This document shows, in pieces, positions 8,812 through 16,809 of a stretch of 64,000 bases of DNA. Numbering within the stretch: the first letter of the stretch is position 1; every line of letters begins with the position of its first letter. Below the pieces are notes generated by a model, which was not told the DNA's origin, did not search any database, and was given only the letters and a program-made list of their open reading frames with translations. Source of the DNA: Berkelbacteria bacterium GW2011_GWE1_39_12 (GTDB taxonomy: Bacteria; Patescibacteriota; UBA1384; UBA12157); contig CP011213.1 of NCBI GenBank assembly GCA_001029735.1, forward strand, positions 396,613-460,612, in the 5' to 3' direction. The translations under genes were made by a program, and so were the position numbers.

Positions 8812-9110
8812 AAACTTGAAGAAAATGGCGTAGTTGTGGATAACTTGTGGATAACTTTAGAAATTTGCGTCTCACGTGTGGATAAGTAAGTTTATAAAGT
8901 TCCAATTTTCATCAAAGACTGACTTATACACACGTTTTCCCCCTGTTTATACACAGTTTATACCCCACTTTTCCACATGCAAAACACCCGTTAATCCCCA
9001 CAATCCACAGCCCTTATTATTACTGCCTTTTTTCTTCTTTAAGAATTATTAATATATAAGTGTGGATAAGTCCGGATAAATATTGAGCAAATAACAAAGA
9101 AAGGAATTAG
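8812..9110. other. oriC candidate: DnaA-box cluster plus AT-rich unwinding element between dnaA and dnaN
   Basis: Perfect TGTGGATAA boxes at 8835, 8846, 8877 and 9061. TTATACACA at 8925 and 8947, plus degenerate boxes at 8958, 8970 and 9002. AT-rich stretch at 9020-9060. Confidence 0.75.
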
Positions 9111-10217
9111 ATGATAGTTTCATGTACACAAGAGAATTTAGCTAAAGGATTAGGTTTAGTTGGACGATCAGTCGGAACGAGAACGACTTTACCGGTTTTA
9201 AATAATATTTTAATCAAAACAGAAAAAGGCCGGCTTAAACTTTCAGCCACAGACTTGGAAATTGGGATTCATACGTGGGTTGGCGCCAAGGTTGATGAAG
9301 AAGGAGCTCTGACAATTCCGGCCAAACTTCTATTGGATTATATTAATACCAATAATGATAAGACAATCGATTTTTCTGCCAAAGATTTAACTTTGCATTT
9401 AAAGTCGGAGCATTATAAGGCAAACATTAAAGGTATAGATGCGGCTGAATTCCCTCTTATTCCTGAAGTTAAGAAAGCGGAAAGCTTGGAAATTCCGGTA
9501 GCCAGCTTTTTAAACGCCATCACAAAAACTCTAATTTCGACGGCTTTAGATGAAAGTCGCCCGGTACTTGCCGGAGTCTTCTTTAAGGCCAAAGGTAACA
9601 CACTGAAAATGGTTGCGACTGATTCTTATCGCCTTTCAGAGCAAACAGTTATTTTAAATAAGAAGATTGATAATGAAGTTGTATTTATTGTGCCACAAAA
9701 AACTTTGGCTGAAGTTGGTAGAATTCTATCCAATGCCGGTGAAGTAGTTATAGTTTCTGCCGGGGAAAACCAGGTTGAGTTTAAATTAGGCGAAACAATT
9801 CTAGTTTCACGTTTAATCGAAGGTACTTTCCCTGATTATGAACAAATTATTCCAAAAACAGTGAAGACAACTGTAGTTGTGAAAGCCTCATTATTTTCTA
9901 ATGCGATTAAAATGGCGTCATTATTTGCCAGAGAATCTGCCAACAACATCAAGTTAAAAATTGAAGCACCAGACAAAGTTTCCGTTTTAGCTGTCTCCCC
10001 TCATTTGGGTGATAATACTTCAGAAATAACCGGTCAAGTTAGTGGCGAAGGAATTGAAATAGCATTCAATGCTAAATTTTTAAGCGATGTTTTAGCGGTG
10101 ATAAATTCGGAAAACGTTAAGTTGGAACTATCGTCAAACTTAGCAGCTGGATTGATTAAGGCTGAAAAAGACAATAACTTTCTCTATGTGATCATGCCGT
10201 TAAGAGTTGATGAATAA
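9111..10217 (+). CDS. dnaN: DNA polymerase III beta sliding clamp
   Basis: A 368-aa three-domain clamp in the conserved position after dnaA. Confidence 0.9.
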   Translation: MIVSCTQENLAKGLGLVGRSVGTRTTLPVLNNILIKTEKGRLKLSATDLEIGIHTWVGAKVDEEGALTIPAKLLLDYINTNNDKTIDFSAKDLTLHLKSEHYKANIKGIDAAEFPLIPEVKKAESLEIPVASFLNAITKTLISTALDESRPVLAGVFFKAKGNTLKMVATDSYRLSEQTVILNKKIDNEVVFIVPQKTLAEVGRILSNAGEVVIVSAGENQVEFKLGETILVSRLIEGTFPDYEQIIPKTVKTTVVVKASLFSNAIKMASLFARESANNIKLKIEAPDKVSVLAVSPHLGDNTSEITGQVSGEGIEIAFNAKFLSDVLAVINSENVKLELSSNLAAGLIKAEKDNNFLYVIMPLRVDE

Positions 10218-10240
10218 GAAAAATACTAAAATAATTACTA

Positions 10241-10320
10241 GTCATTGCGAGTGCAACGAAGCAATCTTGGAAACAATAGATTACCGCGCCTTTCAGACAC
10301 TTATCCACGGACGCAATGAC
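10241..10320 (-). repeat. palindromic element family A, full copy, intergenic, reverse orientation
   Basis: GTCATTGCGAGtgcaacgaagcaatcttgg...cacttatccacggaCGCAATGAC with terminal inverted repeats. It contains a DnaA-box-like TTATCCACG. Confidence 0.65.
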
Positions 10321-10349
10321 ATTAGTAATATTTTTCGACTAATATTTTT

Positions 10350-11420
10350 ATGAAAATTACCTCTCTTAAACTCGAAAACTTTCGTTCTTGGCCAGAATAT
10401 CATTTAGATCTTACTGATATTACTATTTTAATTGGTAAAAATGGCGTTGGTAAAACTAATGTCTTGGAGAGTCTATGGTTTTTAAGTAGTTCACGTTCTT
10501 GGCGGACTCGAGAAGAAATAGAATTGGTGAATTGGGGTAAAGAATATACCAGAATATCAGCCAAGATTGAGGTCGAAAATACACCTCATGATTTGGAACT
10601 ATTTTTTTCTAAAGGTTCACCTAATGTAAAGCCGGGCAAGCAACTAAAAATAGACGGTGTTAAAAAACGCCTGATTGAAATTGTCGGCGGCTTGCCTTCA
10701 GTCTTGTTTAGCCCAGAGACAATCGATTTGGTTTCCGGCGCGCCTGGCGCGAGAAGAAAATTCTTAGATATTCTCCTTTCGCAAACCGACAGACACTACG
10801 TCTTGGACTTAATAGAGTACGGCAAGGTTACCAAAGAGAGAAATAAGTTATTATTGCGGTTGAAAATGAAACGGGCGAAGCCCGATGAATTGGATTTTTG
10901 GGACAAAAAATTAGTTGAACTAGGCACCAGAATAATTAAACAAAGGTTAGAAGCAATTAAGTTTTTTAATAAGTATTTGAGTGAAACTTATCATAAGATT
11001 GCTAATAGCGACGAAGAATTAAAAATAAAATATCACCCGTCGGTTGACGAGGATCGCTTTATGGATATATTGGTCGCCGGTCGTGAAAGAGATATAGAAC
11101 AGAGCGCCACCAATTACGGGCCGCATCGAGATGACTTTGGCGTTTATTTGGGCGGGCGTAATATCGCCTCTTTCGGTTCACGCGGTGAATATAGATCAGT
11201 GGTTTTATCTTTAAAGATTTTAGAGCTCAAGTTTTTAGAAGAAAAAAGGGGTGAAAAACCCATTTTATTATTAGATGATATTTTTTCCGAACTCGATTCT
11301 GAACGCCGGATGCATTTAGCAAAGATTGTTCAGGATCAACAGACGATTATAACGACAACAGATATCGATCATATCGAAAAATCTTTGCGGACTAAGGCCA
11401 AGATTGTGGATATAAAGTAA
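10350..11420 (+). CDS. recF: DNA replication and repair protein RecF
   Basis: A 356-aa protein with Walker A GKNGVGKTN and the SMC-like signature LSGGE-like region (GGRNIASFGSRGE). Conserved position after dnaN. Confidence 0.9.
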   Translation: MKITSLKLENFRSWPEYHLDLTDITILIGKNGVGKTNVLESLWFLSSSRSWRTREEIELVNWGKEYTRISAKIEVENTPHDLELFFSKGSPNVKPGKQLKIDGVKKRLIEIVGGLPSVLFSPETIDLVSGAPGARRKFLDILLSQTDRHYVLDLIEYGKVTKERNKLLLRLKMKRAKPDELDFWDKKLVELGTRIIKQRLEAIKFFNKYLSETYHKIANSDEELKIKYHPSVDEDRFMDILVAGRERDIEQSATNYGPHRDDFGVYLGGRNIASFGSRGEYRSVVLSLKILELKFLEEKRGEKPILLLDDIFSELDSERRMHLAKIVQDQQTIITTTDIDHIEKSLRTKAKIVDIK

Positions 11421-11459
11421 ACAAAAAACCTGAAAGAATAAATCTCTCAGGTAATACGC

Positions 11460-11963
11460 TTAGCCGCTTTTTGCGGATTTATCGTCGAATATAAACATCT
11501 GACAACTTGGGTAATCAGATTTGTTTTCGATGGGAATTTCCGTGATGGAGCAGATTACTCTCTCTATTTCATCTTCGTTATCTATCTCCAGTTTGCCCAA
11601 GGTGATATCCTGAACCACTGGCCATCGATTGGTAAACAAAAGGCCGAGTTTGTCAGGGTTTTCTTCGGTGTGAGCGAGAAACTTGTGAACGCAGAAAACG
11701 TCGATAAGTTGCATAATTCGGTCGTCATCTTCGTAAGGACAAGTGCGGATATAGACCGTCTTAAGCAAACCGCTATCTCGCAGTTGTTTTAGATAAAAAG
11801 GATTTTTTCTCCAGCGACGAAAATGACGACTCTTGTGCGTGTCGCGATCGACCAGCTCTATTTGGAATGTCTTGTTTGTATCTGATTCATCAATACGTGG
11901 AGCAAAAAAGAAACACCCGATCTTTCTAAGCCAGCAAAACATCTTCAAATCCCCCTCCCTCAA
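11460..11963 (-). CDS. hypothetical protein (island gene)
   Basis: A 167-aa ORF. The likely start is the MFCWLRK methionine. The leader contains an AATCCTAGATAGATT motif. Confidence 0.35.
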   Translation of the reverse strand: MREGDLKMFCWLRKIGCFFFAPRIDESDTNKTFQIELVDRDTHKSRHFRRWRKNPFYLKQLRDSGLLKTVYIRTCPYEDDDRIMQLIDVFCVHKFLAHTEENPDKLGLLFTNRWPVVQDITLGKLEIDNEDEIERVICSITEIPIENKSDYPSCQMFIFDDKSAKSG

Positions 11964-12134
11964 AATCTATCTAGGATTATATATTATTTTGGCTGCCTGG
12001 TCAATCATGGTTGACTTCAATTATATTTTTATTTATAATCTGCTCAATTGGTGGCAATAGCGTCACCGACTCGGAAGGCTAATGGTGGCCCCGAGATTTT
12101 GCTCTAATAGCGGAGCAGAAGGATGGTTTAACAA

Positions 12135-12707
12135 ATGGGAAAAGCGACAGAAATGGATATTGTGGTTCAGCTTTTTGATAGGGTAAACAGTCATTTGATT
12201 GTCCCTAAAATCATGGATTTACGACGAGCTCTTAAGTTCTGTGATAAGGAAATTTCTCAGACCACTCTTGAGAAAATGATCGACAGTCTGATCTCAGAAA
12301 ATGTAATTTCTGGAAGAGATTTTGGTTTAGAGTTGAGGTCATACAGTATTCATGCTCATGCTGAGAATTCTGATCTGTGTGAAGATAAATTCGGACAACT
12401 TGTTAAGGCTTATGCCAAATGGCTTCATAGCCATACACAAGAATCTCATTCCGAAGAAACGTCTATGAAGCTCCTGATGTTGGCTATCTGGATTTACGAT
12501 CAGATTTCAAATGATGATGCTGGCATGGTGAATGAAATTCTGCGTAATCTTGTACCTAAACTTCATAGGACTGCTGTTGATCAAGTCTATCTAGATCTGA
12601 CAAAAAAGAATCATCCCGCGGCAGTTCCAATCGCCGAGGGTCTGGTGAAACTTATAGGCGTCAATAATTTGTTGACATCTCATTATGAGAAGAACTGTCC
12701 GTGCTAG
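12135..12707 (+). CDS. hypothetical protein (island gene)
   Basis: A 190-aa ORF with no recognisable domain. Confidence 0.35.
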   Translation: MGKATEMDIVVQLFDRVNSHLIVPKIMDLRRALKFCDKEISQTTLEKMIDSLISENVISGRDFGLELRSYSIHAHAENSDLCEDKFGQLVKAYAKWLHSHTQESHSEETSMKLLMLAIWIYDQISNDDAGMVNEILRNLVPKLHRTAVDQVYLDLTKKNHPAAVPIAEGLVKLIGVNNLLTSHYEKNCPC

Positions 12708-12741
12708 TGAATATCCCGCATCGAACTTTGTTGCGGGATTT

Positions 12742-13509
12742 TTAAATCTCTTCTTTCGATACCTTCCAAAGCTGTTCGAACCAGTTGCGCATGGATGTCG
12801 CGTATTCTTTGGAAGTGATAACAGTACCGAAGGACTCTTGGCTAGTGGTTATAATGGCGACATTGTCCTGATAGATCACAATATGAGCTGGACAGTCAAA
12901 ATCTTTGGGTGCAAATCTGTAAGTTCGGAAATCTTTTGGTTTAGGTTTGTTTATCTCGCCTTCTACTTCCCATTCCTTAACTCTAATTGAGCGAGATGGT
13001 ATTTTTTTATTTATGCGTTTTTCGATCCATTTTCTTAAATATTCTTCGCCGAAAACATCAGATATAGTGTTGGTATTGGCAACATACCAAATATTGTCTT
13101 TTTTTTCGTCAATTTCGAGCATTTCTTCGTAAATTAGCTTTATATCCTCACCTTTAAAGAAACGAACGTTGGGTTGGAAAGGCGAAATTTTATATTGCCG
13201 ATCGAGTTCTGGCAGATTCTTTTTTAATTCATCAATACTTTCATCGATATTCGCTTTTTCATTATTTAAAAGTGTAATTACTGTTCTAATGGGACGGGCT
13301 TGATAGCTTCGTCGAGTTTGATTGTCATTAATATTAATCAAGTTTTTCTCTCTTAAGCGTTCCAAAATATAAAAAACCGTCGTTCGCGGTAATTTAAGCT
13401 TACTGGCAACCGGCACGATGTGCGACTCGCCTATCTCTAAAAGGGCGAGATAGGCCTCGATTTCCTTATCTGAAAGGTTAAGTTGTTTTAGATAATTTCT
13501 GATGTCCAC
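12742..13509 (-). CDS. TrmB-like winged-helix transcriptional regulator (paralog 3)
   Basis: N-terminal motif LKQLNLSDKEIEAYLALLEIGESHIVPVASKLKLPRTTVFYILERLREKNLI. Confidence 0.55.
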   Translation of the reverse strand: MDIRNYLKQLNLSDKEIEAYLALLEIGESHIVPVASKLKLPRTTVFYILERLREKNLININDNQTRRSYQARPIRTVITLLNNEKANIDESIDELKKNLPELDRQYKISPFQPNVRFFKGEDIKLIYEEMLEIDEKKDNIWYVANTNTISDVFGEEYLRKWIEKRINKKIPSRSIRVKEWEVEGEINKPKPKDFRTYRFAPKDFDCPAHIVIYQDNVAIITTSQESFGTVITSKEYATSMRNWFEQLWKVSKEEI

Positions 13510-13598
13510 AATACTCCTAAACGTCTAAATGATTCGTCGACACTTATACTATACCACTATCTTATTAACAAGTAAATAGATATATAACGTCTAAAAGA

Positions 13599-13633
13599 CT
13601 TGACATTTGGGCTCGGTTGTGATACAATATCAT
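13599..13633 (+). promoter_or_regulatory. sigma70-like promoter (TTGACA-18-TACAAT) for the small-protein array
   Basis: cttgacatttgggctcggttgtgatacaat, with a leader of about 140 nt containing the CCTGTTTAACAGG palindrome. Confidence 0.45.
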
Positions 13634-13776
13634 GTAAAGAAAATTAGTTAAACCAGTTAATCAGGTTCACCAGACAGCCGGCACCTTAACAATTTGTTCA
13701 ACCTTCTGCCTACCTGTTTAACAGGTTGGTAGAAGAGTTGGATATAAAAAACACCAGTTAAAGGAGAATAAATCAG

Positions 13777-14139
13777 ATGATTCAGATAATCAAGATTAAC
13801 AAGGATTATGGCATCGTATGTTTTCCAGGTGAGACTTTCGAGGATTTCTATGCAATCAATACCCGTTTGAGTGCCGAGGGTTTTGGTCAAGATAAACGAA
13901 CATCCTATTCGGATTTCGGCGCCATACGGAAATATTACAGTTTTAATCGATTTAGATTCCGACAGCTTCTCGAGACTAGTAACCTGAAATGGGCGTGCGC
14001 ATCGAGTTTAGATGCAATCTGGCACTGGCATGGCGATGGACCCTTATGTATAAATCGCTACAGCCACGAAATCGGTAACTTCGAGCACGGGGTTTATGAT
14101 AGCTTCGGTGATCATAATGGCTTTCTTGTCCGACTCTAG
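13777..14139 (+). CDS. small protein family member 1 (VVWFP...RLTAEGFG...GFLVRL family)
   Basis: A 120-aa ORF. It is paralogous to the two following ORFs, with a shared N-terminal motif and the C-terminus GFLVRL. Confidence 0.5.
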   Translation: MIQIIKINKDYGIVCFPGETFEDFYAINTRLSAEGFGQDKRTSYSDFGAIRKYYSFNRFRFRQLLETSNLKWACASSLDAIWHWHGDGPLCINRYSHEIGNFEHGVYDSFGDHNGFLVRL

Positions 14140-14258
14140 ATCTTTATGATCTTTCGCCCGCCGCTTTTATGGCGTCGGGCGCTTCCTTCTGGATATCTAT
14201 CTAGGTATTCAGAAGAGTTGAAAAAACATTTCACTTTCAGAAAAGGAGAAAAATTCAG

Positions 14259-14618
14259 ATGATGAACGCTGTTGAAATGCAAATTGGTGAAAAGAAATAT
14301 GCGGTCGTTTGGTTCCCCGATGAGAAGATCGAGAACTTCTTGGCTGCCGATGTACGTCTTACCGCAGAAGGTTTCGATCCCGAACAGCGGGTCGGAGAAG
14401 ACGAAGTGGATGACGATATCCTTGAATCAGAGTCGTTTTGGGAACATAGCAGCGAGATTCCAGACGTTGTTTCAGCCAGCAAAACTGAAGAATTCTGTGG
14501 TTTTGAATTCGTGCACGGAGTAGCGCTTCATTGCTTCCCATATTTGGAATCATTTAGGACTTTCAGTCCGTCCGAAATTTACGATAAGGCGGAAATTTGT
14601 TACATTGTCCGGTTCTAG
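14259..14618 (+). CDS. small protein family member 2
   Basis: A 119-aa ORF containing YAVVWFPDEKIENF..RLTAEGFD. It is preceded by the conserved leader CGGGCGCTTCCTTCTGGATATCTATCTAGGTATTCAGAAGAGTTGAAAAAA. Confidence 0.5.
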   Translation: MMNAVEMQIGEKKYAVVWFPDEKIENFLAADVRLTAEGFDPEQRVGEDEVDDDILESESFWEHSSEIPDVVSASKTEEFCGFEFVHGVALHCFPYLESFRTFSPSEIYDKAEICYIVRF

Positions 14619-14726
14619 ACCTTATGGTCTCTCGCCCGTTCCTTCGTGGCACGGGCGCTTCCTTCTGAATATCTATCTAGGTATTTAGAAGAGTTGAAAA
14701 AATACATCGTATAGGAGAGTGTTCAG

Positions 14727-15071
14727 ATGGAGATGATAAAGCTTAACGATCAGTACGCGGTAGTCTGGTTCCCTAGAGAGTCATTCTACACACTCAAGTG
14801 TGTTGTAGTACGCCTGACTGCTGAAGGCCTTGGGCTAGAACAACTTACAGCTGTACCAGATTTGAATATCCTTAGGTCGTATTCTGACGACATTTGGCAG
14901 AAGTACCAGAAAGGCGAAGCTCCGGCTTCAATTTTCGCCACTACTATGCAAGGTAAAAAACGCCCCTATTGCACACCCTTTGTAAATGTTCACCCACAAC
15001 GTCGCAGGGTAAATACAAACTGGCTGACGATGCGCTTCAATGATTGCTGCGGCTTTCTTGTCCGGCTTTAA
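14727..15071 (+). CDS. small protein family member 3
   Basis: A 114-aa ORF containing YAVVWFPRESF..RLTAEGLG...GFLVRL. The same leader is repeated at 14650-14700. Confidence 0.5.
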   Translation: MEMIKLNDQYAVVWFPRESFYTLKCVVVRLTAEGLGLEQLTAVPDLNILRSYSDDIWQKYQKGEAPASIFATTMQGKKRPYCTPFVNVHPQRRRVNTNWLTMRFNDCCGFLVRL

Positions 15072-15087
15072 GTCGGCACAAACTTTT

Positions 15088-15117
15088 CCCCAGGTTAAAA
15101 CCTGGGGATTTTTTTAT
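15088..15117 (+). terminator. rho-independent terminator
   Basis: Hairpin ccccaggttAAAacctgggg followed by ATTTTTTT. Confidence 0.65.
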
Positions 15118-15230
15118 CTCATAAAGAGGCTTGACTAAAATCCCTTTAACTGGGATAATAGGCTGTCTTAAGTGAAAGAGATAAAGGGGGTGGGGACATA
15201 AAACAGTGCGACTTTCCTGGTTGCGTAAAG

Positions 15231-15986
15231 ATGATCGACGAACGAGCCAAGATGTGTGTGGATCATCAGTTGCTTTTACGCGACTACGATGAATTAGATC
15301 GGAACTTTATTCTTGAACATCTCAGGGGTTGTCACTACAGAACGTTAGCTACCTTTCTCGGGAAATCTCGGCAAACTTTTTGGGAGTATATTACAGTTGG
15401 TCGTCTCAAGACGATCGAGCCGGGATCTTTCATCGTTAGACCTGATTCGATGCTTTGGGCAATTGACTTGGTAAGAAACTGGGTTTGTGTCGACCGCAAG
15501 TTGATGGCGCTTACCGAGTACAAGAAGTATGAAGCCTTTTTGAAACTTGTTCGTGATGAAAAGTTTGGCGAGACTCGAGAATATCTCAACGGCTCGCTTG
15601 CTATTCATAAATCTCAGATTTCACTGATTGCTGAGAGGTGTCGGAAGATTCGTCTTGCCAATTCAAATAACAATGGTATGACAACGAAGAAGTATTTGCG
15701 CAAAGGCGAGATGAGTCCGCCGATGGCAGCGAAGAAGCTGCGCTGTTTGGAGAAAGAGATTCGTCACTGGATGAAAACAGGAGATCTTAAGTACTCCAGG
15801 CGCGGAGAAGGCAATATCAAGTGGCATATTATCAGGCAAAACGATTTCTGGTTGTTTGTGAAACTTGTTGCTGACGGAACAAAGAAAGACGCCTCGACAG
15901 AATTTATCGATCAGTGCAGGCGTGCTTACAAAGATTATCAAATCAGCATTCCTAACGTCATAAAGATGGTTATGAAAAAGAGCTAG
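15231..15986 (+). CDS. hypothetical protein with C-terminal excisionase/MerR-like HTH
   Basis: A 251-aa ORF. The C-terminal segment MTTKKYLRKGEMSPPMAAKKLRCLEKEIRHWMKTGDLKYSRRGEGNIKW resembles the HTH_17 excisionase-type DNA-binding domain. Confidence 0.35.
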   Translation: MIDERAKMCVDHQLLLRDYDELDRNFILEHLRGCHYRTLATFLGKSRQTFWEYITVGRLKTIEPGSFIVRPDSMLWAIDLVRNWVCVDRKLMALTEYKKYEAFLKLVRDEKFGETREYLNGSLAIHKSQISLIAERCRKIRLANSNNNGMTTKKYLRKGEMSPPMAAKKLRCLEKEIRHWMKTGDLKYSRRGEGNIKWHIIRQNDFWLFVKLVADGTKKDASTEFIDQCRRAYKDYQISIPNVIKMVMKKS

Positions 15987-15987
15987 G

Positions 15988-16017
15988 CTCCGAATCAATA
16001 TGGTTCGGAGTTTTTTA
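15988..16017 (+). terminator. rho-independent terminator
   Basis: Hairpin ctccgaatcaatatggttcggag followed by TTTTTTATTT. Confidence 0.6.
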
Positions 16018-16034
16018 TTTATATAAGGTTTGTT

Positions 16035-16316
16035 ATGATGGCAGCGATGGATCATATCAATAAACATTTCGACCACATACCCAAATATTTCAGGCTCCAA
16101 AAACCGCTGCAAGCGGCCGATGTTTGTGGTAAGGCGCGTGAACTAGCCGATGGTCAATACGACGTAATCTCATTCAATGACGGGCTTCTGACGCTTAGCA
16201 CTACGTCATCAGCTGCCGCTTCTAATTTAAGAATGAAAACTTTTGAAATACAAAATGAAATCAACGAAAAATTAGGCAAAGAACTCGTTAAAAAAGTGAG
16301 AATTAAGATACAATAG
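16035..16316 (+). CDS. DUF721/DciA-like protein (dnaA-recF neighbourhood protein)
   Basis: A 93-aa ORF with a motif resembling DUF721 proteins that normally follow recF. Here it is separated from recF by a 4.6-kb insertion. Confidence 0.45.
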   Translation: MMAAMDHINKHFDHIPKYFRLQKPLQAADVCGKARELADGQYDVISFNDGLLTLSTTSSAAASNLRMKTFEIQNEINEKLGKELVKKVRIKIQ

Positions 16317-16321
16317 TCCTT

Positions 16322-16378
16322 AAAGTCGAAAGTTCATAAAGTCGAAAGTCGAAAGTCGAAAGTCGAAAGTCGAAAGTC
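16322..16378. repeat. tandem heptamer repeat (GTCGAAA)x5 with flanking AAAGTC motifs
   Basis: aaagtcgaaagttcataaagtcgaaagtcgaaagtcgaaagtcgaaagtcgaaagtc. Confidence 0.8.
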
Positions 16379-16480
16379 TATCAAGTTTATAAGCGAAGCT
16401 TGCAAAGCCAAATGCTTTATAAAGTCTTGATTAAACCAGAAAGAATCTTAGAAATTTCAATAGATTTATTATAGATTAAA

Positions 16481-16762
16481 TCAAACTCTTTTTTTATCTA
16501 TATACTTTAGTTCAAGCGCTAAATATAACATCGATCTTACTTCACCGCACGATCCTTTAGAAATATATAAAAACTTTTTAAACTCTTTATCTCCCATTCG
16601 TTCATAGCCTTCGGCAATATTATTCATAACAGAAACACTGGCCCTGTTAATTTGGTCTTTGAATGAATAGTCCTTAATACAGCTAAAATTTCTATAACTT
16701 AGTAATGTTAATTCTTTTGCTTTTTGCCAAGCAATTATATCTTCAAACTTTTCTATCTTCAT
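16481..16762 (-). CDS. four-helix-bundle protein (23S rRNA intervening-sequence protein family)
   Basis: A 93-aa ORF with IAEGYER...DKEFKKFLYISKGSCGEVRS, typical of the TIGR02436 family. Confidence 0.65.
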   Translation of the reverse strand: MKIEKFEDIIAWQKAKELTLLSYRNFSCIKDYSFKDQINRASVSVMNNIAEGYERMGDKEFKKFLYISKGSCGEVRSMLYLALELKYIDKKRV

Positions 16763-16809
16763 TTGCTCTTTATGACTTTATAGACTTGATGGACTTTATA
16801 AACTTTGTC

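Noticed and set aside
11421-11459. Weak hairpin (cctgaaag...ctctcagg) after recF as a terminator
   Set aside because: Only about 5 bp of stem and no convincing T-run, so it is not reported as a feature.
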